Assembly: GCA_965222605.1 (NCBI GenBank)
Contig: OZ244960.1
Coordinates: forward strand, 576,001 to 640,000
Source: Candidatus Latescibacterota bacterium
Lineage (GTDB): Bacteria; Latescibacterota; UBA2968
DNA length: 64,000 nucleotides
Direction: 5' to 3'
Part shown: piece after piece, positions 1 to 8,287 of the stretch
How positions within the stretch are numbered: position 1 is the stretch's first letter
Layout of the letters: every line of letters begins with the position of its first letter
The notes under the pieces: model-generated
What the model was told of the DNA's origin: nothing
Seen by the model: the letters and a program-made list of their open reading frames with translations, nothing else
The model's database searches: none
Made by a program: the position numbers and the translations under genes

Positions 1-673
1 CCGCACCAGCCAGGATGAACATCAGCGGCTGCTGAAACTCTCGGCGCAAAATTTGTATGTCCTTCCCAAAATTCCGCATCGACATCGCCAGCCGGAAATC
101 TCGAAATCCGGTCTGGAAAGTAGTCCCGAAATCAATGCTAAAAGTCGAGTAATCCACCAGATCCAGGCTCTCTCGCAACCACATAAACCGCACCCCAAAC
201 GAGAGCTTGTCCGTAAACCTGCGCGCGTAGGCTGCGCCCATCCCCACCGTGCCCAAATCCAGCATCCGACCCGTACCTTGAGGCTCCAAAATCGTTGTCT
301 CTTCCACTTCCTCTGGGGCAAAACTCATAAAATTTACTGCAACCGCATGGATCCCCTTTCGAAAGCCGATCGCCCCCGAACTGAATTGCGAATTCACAAA
401 CCACCGCGAGTGGTTGAGCGATATCTCTGCCCGCTCCATTCCCACCAGCCCCGACGGATTCCACCAGATCGCATTGACATCATCTACCACGGGTGTAAAC
501 GCCTTTCCCATGGCAATGCCCCGGGCATCCTGCGCCACCTCCTGAGCCGAAAAAACCGTCAGCCCAAACCGTCTCACGATCGCCCCGGCGTCCGCCGGAT
601 CGGACCACGCCAGCAAGACCACCGCCAGACTCCATCCAATGAATAGTCTTTTATACATGGCACGCTTATACAT
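1..673 (-). CDS. PorV/PorQ-family outer-membrane beta-barrel, partial (runs off the left edge)
   Basis: Not in the ORF track; translated by hand as MYKRAMYKRLFIGWSLAVVLLAW...ARGIAMGKAFTPVVDDVNAIWWNPSGL...EETTILEPQGTG...FTDKLSFG. It has a signal peptide, an AGGAGA RBS at 681-686, and is clearly paralogous to 37533-38471. Confidence 0.85.
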   Translation of the reverse strand, partial: MYKRAMYKRLFIGWSLAVVLLAWSDPADAGAIVRRFGLTVFSAQEVAQDARGIAMGKAFTPVVDDVNAIWWNPSGLVGMERAEISLNHSRWFVNSQFSSGAIGFRKGIHAVAVNFMSFAPEEVEETTILEPQGTGRMLDLGTVGMGAAYARRFTDKLSFGVRFMWLRESLDLVDYSTFSIDFGTTFQTGFRDFRLAMSMRNFGKDIQILRREFQQPLMFILAGA

Positions 674-680
674 GGCACGC
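651..680. repeat. Perfect 15-bp tandem duplication (TTATACATGGCACGC x2) spanning the porV-like start codon
   Basis: Read directly; in frame, giving MYKRA-MYKRL. Confidence 0.95.
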
Positions 681-688
681 TCTCCTTA

Positions 689-1615
689 GAAGCTGTTTTA
701 AAACCCCTCGCTTAAGCGAGTCTGTTGATTAAGAGGTAAATCATAACGATGTAAATAAAGGCTTCACTACTGTCGGTCAAGTCTTCATAATCCTTTGATA
801 GTCGGCGAAAATTAAATAACCAGGCAAAGGTGCGCTCGACGACCCACCGGCGTTTGACGAGTTGAAAGCCTTTGCCTTTTGGGGTGACAACCTCAAGATC
901 AATCTTATGTGTGTGCTTCTTAGCAGCGACCCATTCTTTAAGGTCTTCGCCGCGATAGCCGCCATCGACCCATAGCTTGCGTAAGCGTGTCTGTCCGCTA
1001 TCAAAATACTGATTGATCACCTGCTTGAGGCCATCTCGATCTTGGAGATTGGCAGGTGAGACATAGGTGCTAATGACGAGTCCGAGGGTATCAACGAGAA
1101 GATGGCGTTTGCGTCCATTGACCTTTTTGCCAGCATCGTAACCCTTTGACTTTCCTTGGGTTGCTGTCTTAACACTTTGGCTGTCAATGCAGCCTGCTGA
1201 TGCGGTAGGCTTGCGTCCCTGTCGTTTGCGTTCTTTTTGTGTGAGCACCTGTTGCACCCGTTCAAAGATGCCTTGCTTGCGCCAACGATTGAAATAGCCA
1301 TACACGGTCTGCCAACAGCCAAAGGTAGGAGGCAGCATGCGCCATTGGCAGCCGGTCTTCGTCAGATACAGGATGCCATTGAACACTTGTTGCAAATTGG
1401 CAGGTGGGCGTCCAGAGCCCCCTTTTCGCCATTTACCTTTAGGCAGCAAGAGGATCAGCAGTTGCCATTGCGCTTGGGTGACATTTGTCGGATATTCCCT
1501 GTGCGTATTCATCTTTGTCCTTTCGTTTCAGGGTGATTTGCATAACCTGAATTTGGACAGATGAATACGCTTTTTCAACTCTTTTCTTCACTCACAATAG
1601 TTTTAAAACAGCTTC
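689..1615 (-). mobile_element. IS5-family insertion sequence (IS1031-like), 927 bp
   Basis: Perfect 16-bp terminal inverted repeats GAAGCTGTTTTAAAAC (689-704 and 1600-1615), TTA target duplication (686-688 and 1616-1618), and a single transposase ORF. Confidence 0.95.
712..1512 (-). CDS. IS5-family DDE transposase
   Basis: Motifs TGCQWRMLP, CIDSQSVK, GRKRHLLVDTLG, WVDGGY and RWVVERTFAW; intact 266 aa. Confidence 0.96.
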   Translation of the reverse strand: MNTHREYPTNVTQAQWQLLILLLPKGKWRKGGSGRPPANLQQVFNGILYLTKTGCQWRMLPPTFGCWQTVYGYFNRWRKQGIFERVQQVLTQKERKRQGRKPTASAGCIDSQSVKTATQGKSKGYDAGKKVNGRKRHLLVDTLGLVISTYVSPANLQDRDGLKQVINQYFDSGQTRLRKLWVDGGYRGEDLKEWVAAKKHTHKIDLEVVTPKGKGFQLVKRRWVVERTFAWLFNFRRLSKDYEDLTDSSEAFIYIVMIYLLINRLA

Positions 1616-1621
1616 TTAAAA

Positions 1622-4105
1622 TTACTGGGCGGTTGTGATCCCTCCAACAACCACGAATGTCCCGCGCTGGATCTCTCCGAGGCTCTCTGGCATCTCAGAC
1701 TCCACCACAAAGAAGTAGAGCCCCGGACTCAGCAACCCACTCACCTCTCGCGTCTCCTGGAAAAAGCTCGCCTCACCCGTACTCGGATTGTCGTGGGTGA
1801 ACTCGGCCACAAAGTTCCCTGAGACTGAGAAAACCTTCACATTGCACTTGGCCGGCAGGTTCACAAACCGGATCTTATCCGACCCCGTATAGGCATGCGT
1901 CCCATCGGCCAGGAAGGGGTTGGGCACCACCTTTACTTTACGCTCCAGCATGTTGGCCTCTACGTTGGACGCCACAGCAGGGCTGAAGGGCGGGTCTTCG
2001 TAGCGGAAGACTTGCTCTGCAGCCGAAAGCCCACTCTCCAGAGACGGCACCGGGCCGCGCCCCTTGAAATCGTTGTGCCCCGTATCGTAGGCGGTAACAG
2101 CAAAATAATACTGGAAGCCGGATAGGGCAGTATCATCCACAAATGTGTACTTGTCCGTAGATGGATCGTAGTAGGTCGGATCTCCCCTCGGGATATCCTT
2201 CAACAGTTTCCAGTTATCTACGTAAAAATCACTCCGATAAACCCGGTAGCCGGCCACATCCTTGGCCTCCGGGGTGCCGGCGTAATCCGGGTCTTCCAGA
2301 TCGTCCAGGCTCCCCCAGGTCAGATCGACGGTGGCGTCCACTGTGTTTTTCTTAGTCATCAGTACATCCGGCGGCGGCAGAGGCACATCGTATTCCAGGT
2401 CGTAAAGCTCTCTGGCTTTCCGAGCGTGCTTAATCAGATTTTGCATCGCTTTGTCCGTCTTCAGATCCGCCTGATTCTGCGGGATATTATCGTGCTGCCA
2501 GCCCCACATATTCTCCTCAACCGGCATTGCCGCCACAAAGGCCATCACAATTTTGACCTTGTCCCCCGGCTTCAGATCGTAAGGTCCGTAGGTATGTGCA
2601 AACGCATACCAGTTGGGAGACCTCGGAACATCGGCCGTTTCCCCGCTTCGGGACGGATTATTCTCCACTGGCAATGGCTCGGTCGGGTTCTCCGGCCAGC
2701 CCGTGCGCCCGTCCAGGTTGAACATGCTCGGGCGCTCGCCCAGTCGCGTCACCGACACCAACGCCAGAGCAATTTCGTCCTCGCTGTGCCGGTTGATCTC
2801 CGGTTCCTCTTTGTGCGGGAACCAGGGCACGGCAAAGGGCTGATCCATCACCCTGGGGGGTACGTAGGTCTCGCTGTCGTTGGCAAACCCGTCGGTCGGG
2901 TTCCAATCCAGGGGAATCACTCCCACGTACTGCCCCGCCATAATTTCTCCCCGTTCCTGGAAATTCTGCCGCCCCCGGCAGCACTGAATCTCGGGAACGT
3001 GAGGATCGCCCACATCGTCCCACGCCGTCAGTGGAGAATCCCAGTCAAACGCGTAGCTCATCTTCAGCCCGATGGCATCGGCCACATCGGCGTGTACCGG
3101 GTCTGCCGCCATATAGTTGGGCGCTTCCGTGTAGCGATAGACATCGTCGGTAACAATATCGTAGTTCCGCGACTCGGGCCACCGCAACAGCCAAATCTGG
3201 AACCCCAGCCCACCAATTACCCCGATATCGAAATTGGATGTGCCCCCTTCCGTGGGCCACAAATAATTGTAAAATGAAAAATACGTGTCGTTCAGGGTCA
3301 ACCCGGCCCCTCCGTTTAAATCCGCCGTCCCGTCTCCATCGGTATCTCCTGTATTCTCAAAGATATTCTCCACTATAATAAAGTCGTCGTAATCCCGGAA
3401 ACTCCACTGGTAAATCTTCTTTGTGCCCGTAATACCCGTCTCTGTCGTCCAGTGAGAAATCCCCAGCACTTCGCCAAACCGCTTGTGTTCCGGCTTCATG
3501 TACTTGCCGAAGTCGTTGTTGTGGATCTCCAGCACCTTGTTCGCATCCAGATGGGGGCCTCCATCTGCCCACCAACTCGCCATCGGCAATTCTGCCACCG
3601 GATGGAGGTGCTCAAAACCAACCCCGGCTACCCCTTCGGGCATGGATTCAATCGGATAGCGCACGGGCGTAATATCCGAACTTACCGAAAGCCCCGAAAA
3701 TGACACATTGTAGGTCTTGGCCCCATCGGGCTTGTATTCTGCCGGATCGGGCCTGGTAATGATATAGGTGCCCAGATTTCGGGCCGTGGAAGTCCGGTTC
3801 AAGTATTTCTGCATATGCGTCCTGGCCCCCGGCCACTGCCGAGCACTCCAGAGACTGCCGGTCAACCGGTTCCGGCCCGGATAGTTGACACCATCGGTGC
3901 TGGTTCGCCGGGATCCATCCCGGTCAGGCCCGTGCTGTCCGAAGTTCGTCAGACCCGTCCACACCTTGGCGCGCCTCAGATTCCGGTACTCCCCTTTCGG
4001 AATAATCTGTGCCCAGGCCACATCCCAGACCAGAACGGCCACCAGAAGCGCTCCGAAGATCACCCTCGCACAGGCCACCAGTGATATTCTGTGTACCCTT
4101 GTCAT
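1622..4105 (-). CDS. Large exported protein with an FN3-like domain and a T9SS-like C-terminal sorting domain
   Basis: Signal peptide; GYRVYRS...YYFAVTAYD (FN3-like); C-terminal VKVVPNPF...IRFVNLP..C.VKVFSVSG...GLYFFVVE; paralog of 38514-40889. Confidence 0.8.
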   Translation of the reverse strand: MTRVHRISLVACARVIFGALLVAVLVWDVAWAQIIPKGEYRNLRRAKVWTGLTNFGQHGPDRDGSRRTSTDGVNYPGRNRLTGSLWSARQWPGARTHMQKYLNRTSTARNLGTYIITRPDPAEYKPDGAKTYNVSFSGLSVSSDITPVRYPIESMPEGVAGVGFEHLHPVAELPMASWWADGGPHLDANKVLEIHNNDFGKYMKPEHKRFGEVLGISHWTTETGITGTKKIYQWSFRDYDDFIIVENIFENTGDTDGDGTADLNGGAGLTLNDTYFSFYNYLWPTEGGTSNFDIGVIGGLGFQIWLLRWPESRNYDIVTDDVYRYTEAPNYMAADPVHADVADAIGLKMSYAFDWDSPLTAWDDVGDPHVPEIQCCRGRQNFQERGEIMAGQYVGVIPLDWNPTDGFANDSETYVPPRVMDQPFAVPWFPHKEEPEINRHSEDEIALALVSVTRLGERPSMFNLDGRTGWPENPTEPLPVENNPSRSGETADVPRSPNWYAFAHTYGPYDLKPGDKVKIVMAFVAAMPVEENMWGWQHDNIPQNQADLKTDKAMQNLIKHARKARELYDLEYDVPLPPPDVLMTKKNTVDATVDLTWGSLDDLEDPDYAGTPEAKDVAGYRVYRSDFYVDNWKLLKDIPRGDPTYYDPSTDKYTFVDDTALSGFQYYFAVTAYDTGHNDFKGRGPVPSLESGLSAAEQVFRYEDPPFSPAVASNVEANMLERKVKVVPNPFLADGTHAYTGSDKIRFVNLPAKCNVKVFSVSGNFVAEFTHDNPSTGEASFFQETREVSGLLSPGLYFFVVESEMPESLGEIQRGTFVVVGGITTAQ

Positions 4106-4171
4106 AACATGGCTCCTCTATTGAGGGTTGGAAATCGAGCAGATTCGCCCGATCTCCAACCGCTTTGCTAT

Positions 4172-7100
4172 CTACCAGGTCACCCTCAGCCCCGCGAAGA
4201 TCTGTCGGCGCTCGTTCTCAAACCGATTCAATTCACTCACATCTCCAAACTGCTTGAAGAGCGTATCGTCCGGACGGGGCTCCAACAGCCCGAACCGGAG
4301 ATATTCCACAGGGGTCCTCTCTGCCTGGGTGCGCATCAACTGCTGGTTAAACAAATTGTTGATCTCCACATAGAGCAGCGGCCTTATACCCTTGATGTTA
4401 AACCCTTTCTGGAAGCTGATATCCACCGTGTCGCTGGTGGGGCCTTCCCGTTTGGCCTTGATATTGGTGATCGGATCGGTAAAGATGAATATCTGGCCGG
4501 TATAGATCCGGTAGATCAGGTTCAGCCGGATATCTCCAAAGAGCTTACTTCCCCAGAACCTCTCGCCAGGGCCGAAATCGGGTGGGCTGGCATAGATGAG
4601 CACCAGGCTCCCGTTCGTGCGACGAGCGTCGTCCCGGCTCCCCGCGCGCCAGGTTACTGTCTGAAGGGCGTAGAGACCCTGGAGTTGCGCCCTGCTCTCC
4701 TGGGACAATCCGGGCATTTCCCAGAGCTTGAATGTACGCCTGAAGTCCGCACCACTACCCAGTTCCCCGGCGATCAGTTTGTCCACCTGTGTCTGGGCGG
4801 CGGCTTGCAACTTCTCCAGTTCTGCTCCGGTCGGCGACTGGGGAATTTCCTCACCAGTGGTCTGATCGATCGTCCACTTATTCCAGTACCGGGTCGGATC
4901 GCCAATAAACGAGGCATCCGGATAGACGACCACACTGCCGTGACCCGCCTTGGTCCCACCAGTGTCCAGGTGCTCGCCCCACCCCATGTTGATCGCCGCT
5001 TTGAAGGAAAAGTTGTGCTTCAGCCCCTTTTTCAGCGCAAGTTCCAGCCCCCGTGTGGTGGCGTGTCGCTTGGGCCCAAAGGCTCGCGTCTTGCCCTTGG
5101 TGCCCAGCCCGGGATCCCGGAAGTCCCCTGTTTGCACCAGCAAAAACCCGTTGGACACCCGGTAATAGGCCGTGGTCTGAAGGGTGTAATCGCTGATGAA
5201 GTTCCACTCCGTGCCCAGTTCAAACGCCGTACTGATCTGGGTGTCCTGGAAACTGAACACATTGGCTGCAAATGCCGATCCAAACCCATCGTTGGCGAAC
5301 AAATTGTTGTTCTCCTCGGCCGGATCGATCTGTCCATTGCCGTTCTTGTCCAGAGAGGCCTGGCCCGCAGAGATCCAGCGATTCCTGAAGAAGAGTCCAA
5401 ACTCGGGCCGCGTGTGGTACTTCCCGTAGAAGAAGTGAATCTTCGATCTATCCGTAACCGGATGGGAAACCCCCAGCCGGGGCAGGATCCACTGGAGAGG
5501 CTCCATCTTACCCCAGGGCGTATATTTGACAAACCGGGTATAAGACTGGGTCATCGGTGCGGACTGAGTAATGTATAGCGGTACCTCCGCTCCCCAGAAG
5601 CGCTCATAGCGCAATCCCGCATTCACAATCAACCCTTCAAATTCCATTTTGTCCTGAATGTACCCCGTCAACTCCATCGGGGTCATCCCCTCCCGTAGCT
5701 GGCCGCGTTTTCCGTAGTAATACAGTCGGCGGTTCCGGGTCTTGGTATCTTCACGGGCGTCAAAAATACTGTAAGCATCAAATCGGGTCAAATTGAATCC
5801 CGCCTTCAGAAAGTGCCCCCGGGTCACCTGACTGGACAGATCTCCCCGCAGGCTCAAGCGCTTCTGCTCGCCAAGCTGGAACCGGCGCTGCGTGCCCGGC
5901 GTGACGTAGAACCAGGCGTCACTATCCAGATCCGGATCCACCGTCGCAGTCGGAATATCCGAGGTATCCTGCTTGCTTGCATAATACGATAGCCGCACCT
6001 CGTAAAAAGTTCGGGCCGACACGGTTTGTATAAGCGAGGCGTAGAGCATGTTGTCCGAATTTTTTTGGATGCCCCACCTGCTCTCAGTCTCGGGCAGGAA
6101 GATCGATCGGGCGTCGAAACTGGAACTGACCCGACGCTTATTCCACGAATACAACCCGCCCATACGCACCCGCATACTGGTTGAAGCATCGAATGTCACC
6201 TTGTAGCTATTATTCGTGTTAAAAGGCGTACGCTGCTCGGGCTGGGGCAGGCTTTTGGGCTGGAAGTCGTGCTGCGTACTGGTAAAAAAGGCAGCATTTC
6301 TACCGATCGGTCCCGATAACGAGGCCTCCAGAAAATGCCCTCGAACATCGGTATAGTCATCGGACGAGCGCTGATGTACCAGCCTGCCCGAATTATCGGT
6401 CTCCTTGTCCCAGACCGGATCTCCGTAATTCAGGTGGCCCCTGTGGACCGCGCTTTCATAGGCATTGTTCCCCCAGTGCTGCTGTTGCCCGGGCGTAAAC
6501 CGGTAGTGGACCTGTCCGTGATAATCCCGGCCTCCGTCCCGGGTCACAATCTGAATCGATCCGATATTGCCATATTCGGCGTTCAGCCCGCCGGCCAGCA
6601 CCGTGATCTCTGCAATCGCCGACGGATTGACATTGCCCCGCCAGTTTCGGCCGTCCTGCGTGGTCAACCGGATGCCATCTACCATATACTCGGCAACTTC
6701 GCCGTTTCCGGCCGCCCGGTAATAGGCATTCCGGACCCGATCCGTGCCATCTACATTGATCCCGGCTTCCAATTCCACAAAGCTGTCCATCGAGCGAACA
6801 AGGGGCAGAGCGTCAATTTCCTCGGCCGTCACCACATAGCGGCTCTCCGTCACATCGGCCTCCACCGGCGGCCGCTCTGCCACCACGGTCAATTCACCCA
6901 GTTCCAGAGTCGCTTCATTGAGCGTGAAATCCACTTCTGTCGTAATATCTGTCGTGACCCGCACGCCGGTTTTGCTCGCCGGAGTATAGCCGACTATCGA
7001 CGCCTTCATCGTATAACTCCCCGGATCTACGGACAGGATCAAATAGTAGCCATCCCTATCGGTCGTTGCCCCCCGATTCGTGCCTTCTACCACTATGTTC

Positions 7101-7234
7101 ACACCGGGCAGAGGCTCGCCTTTTTGATCGAATACATGGCCGATAATCTTCCCCGTCGTCGCCGCCCCGGCCAGGCTACAGACGCAGAAAACAAAGGCCA
7201 CCGCAAAAATCAAACACAGTCCTCGTTTGTCCAT
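4172..7234 (-). CDS. TonB-dependent receptor with an N-terminal CarboxypepD_reg-like domain
   Basis: TTGKIIGHVFD..GEPLPGVNIVVEG, plug motif AIAEITVLAGGLNAEYGN, YIQDKMEFEGLIVNAGLRY, PRLGVSHP, C-terminal Trp. Start moved to MDKRG using the AAAGGAG RBS. Confidence 0.92.
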   Translation of the reverse strand: MDKRGLCLIFAVAFVFCVCSLAGAATTGKIIGHVFDQKGEPLPGVNIVVEGTNRGATTDRDGYYLILSVDPGSYTMKASIVGYTPASKTGVRVTTDITTEVDFTLNEATLELGELTVVAERPPVEADVTESRYVVTAEEIDALPLVRSMDSFVELEAGINVDGTDRVRNAYYRAAGNGEVAEYMVDGIRLTTQDGRNWRGNVNPSAIAEITVLAGGLNAEYGNIGSIQIVTRDGGRDYHGQVHYRFTPGQQQHWGNNAYESAVHRGHLNYGDPVWDKETDNSGRLVHQRSSDDYTDVRGHFLEASLSGPIGRNAAFFTSTQHDFQPKSLPQPEQRTPFNTNNSYKVTFDASTSMRVRMGGLYSWNKRRVSSSFDARSIFLPETESRWGIQKNSDNMLYASLIQTVSARTFYEVRLSYYASKQDTSDIPTATVDPDLDSDAWFYVTPGTQRRFQLGEQKRLSLRGDLSSQVTRGHFLKAGFNLTRFDAYSIFDAREDTKTRNRRLYYYGKRGQLREGMTPMELTGYIQDKMEFEGLIVNAGLRYERFWGAEVPLYITQSAPMTQSYTRFVKYTPWGKMEPLQWILPRLGVSHPVTDRSKIHFFYGKYHTRPEFGLFFRNRWISAGQASLDKNGNGQIDPAEENNNLFANDGFGSAFAANVFSFQDTQISTAFELGTEWNFISDYTLQTTAYYRVSNGFLLVQTGDFRDPGLGTKGKTRAFGPKRHATTRGLELALKKGLKHNFSFKAAINMGWGEHLDTGGTKAGHGSVVVYPDASFIGDPTRYWNKWTIDQTTGEEIPQSPTGAELEKLQAAAQTQVDKLIAGELGSGADFRRTFKLWEMPGLSQESRAQLQGLYALQTVTWRAGSRDDARRTNGSLVLIYASPPDFGPGERFWGSKLFGDIRLNLIYRIYTGQIFIFTDPITNIKAKREGPTSDTVDISFQKGFNIKGIRPLLYVEINNLFNQQLMRTQAERTPVEYLRFGLLEPRPDDTLFKQFGDVSELNRFENERRQIFAGLRVTW

Positions 7235-7259
7235 TGACACCATCTCCTTTCTTCTCGGC

Positions 7260-7961
7260 CTACCAGAAATATTTGACCCCCACAATCAGATCGAGTGCCT
7301 GAAGTGGAAAAGCCTTCCTCAATCGCCAGTCCTCCAGAGGACGGAGTTCGCCCAGCATAATATTGAACCGCCCCCGGATATCTATCAGATAATGTTCCGA
7401 CCCAACGATAGTCACGCCACCGCCCAGCGAAAATGTCAGGGCCGCTCGCTTGTCCTTGTAAGGAGAAAGCAAGAGGGTCTGATTCAGGGTCTGCCCCGTC
7501 TGTCCAGAGAAAATCAGCCCCGATACCTCGTGCGAATACCCGTAAAATCCTAGCCCACCCTGCAGGTAGGGCATTGTTCCGCCTTGATTCAAGTCCCGGA
7601 AGTGGACCAGAGCAGTGGCTGAAAAGCTGTGGAACCACATATTCTGGGACGCATTCGGACTCCGGTAATTTTTTTTATCTACCGCCCAGGTGAACTCCCG
7701 GCTGTCCAGGTCTCCGCCCCCCATCTTTGAATAGTGATACTCAATCTCTGCAATCACCCGCTGCGCGGCCGCATAGTTATAGCTCACCCCGAGTTTCGGA
7801 GAAACAGAATACCACTGCTTGAATTTTCCGATCGGAACGTGCGCGCTTCCGAAAAACCCGATCCCCGACTGGCCTTCTTCTAAGGCTCCAGCCGTGGAAA
7901 CCGAGATCAGAACCGCCACAGTGAAGCATAGTGTTCTAAACATCGCTCTCAACATCCGCAT
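7260..7961 (-). CDS. Small outer-membrane beta-barrel protein
   Basis: Signal peptide, amphipathic strands (PYLQGGLGFY), ends VKYFW; AAGGAGG RBS before MRMLRAM; paralog of 44076-44792. Confidence 0.8.
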   Translation of the reverse strand: MRMLRAMFRTLCFTVAVLISVSTAGALEEGQSGIGFFGSAHVPIGKFKQWYSVSPKLGVSYNYAAAQRVIAEIEYHYSKMGGGDLDSREFTWAVDKKNYRSPNASQNMWFHSFSATALVHFRDLNQGGTMPYLQGGLGFYGYSHEVSGLIFSGQTGQTLNQTLLLSPYKDKRAALTFSLGGGVTIVGSEHYLIDIRGRFNIMLGELRPLEDWRLRKAFPLQALDLIVGVKYFW

Positions 7962-8239
7962 AAGCTGGCCCTCCTTTGAGATGGTAAAGAATACAACGCG
8001 GTATCGCACGCAATGCAAATACCTCTTCTTTCTGTGGCTCAATTTATTTTTTTTAAATAGAATTAATTTCTTTCAACTTCTTGTAAATATCAACTTCTAA
8101 TTTTCAGACACAGATACAAAAAAACCATCTATACCACGCCCTCCCGTTGGTCTTTAGACGGTTCTAACTCCACGCTAATAATGATGATAACTTAGTTGGC
8201 TATAATTTCATGAGTGTGAGTTTTTACTTATATCAAACA

Positions 8240-8270
8240 TAATATGCATTGAATTTTCCCCCAATGTCAA
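8240..8270 (-). promoter_or_regulatory. Putative sigma70 promoter for cassette 1
   Basis: TTGACA (8270-8265) followed by CATATT/TATTAT in an AT-rich intergenic region; spacing is not ideal. Confidence 0.45.
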
Positions 8271-8287
8271 GCATTTTTTCAACCCTT

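Noticed and set aside
53-646. 197-aa plus-strand ORF
   Set aside because: Antisense shadow of the real minus-strand PorV-like gene.
4091-5578. 495-aa plus-strand ORF, and similar long ORFs at 12867-14258, 25691-26635, 27097-28119, 28217-29524 and 43119-44072
   Set aside because: They lie opposite well-supported genes, have R/P/H-skewed composition and no motifs; expected from codon bias.
7962-8287. Riboswitch in the AT-rich leader of cassette 1
   Set aside because: No recognisable cobalamin, TPP or other aptamer motif by eye; an Infernal search is needed to exclude it fully.
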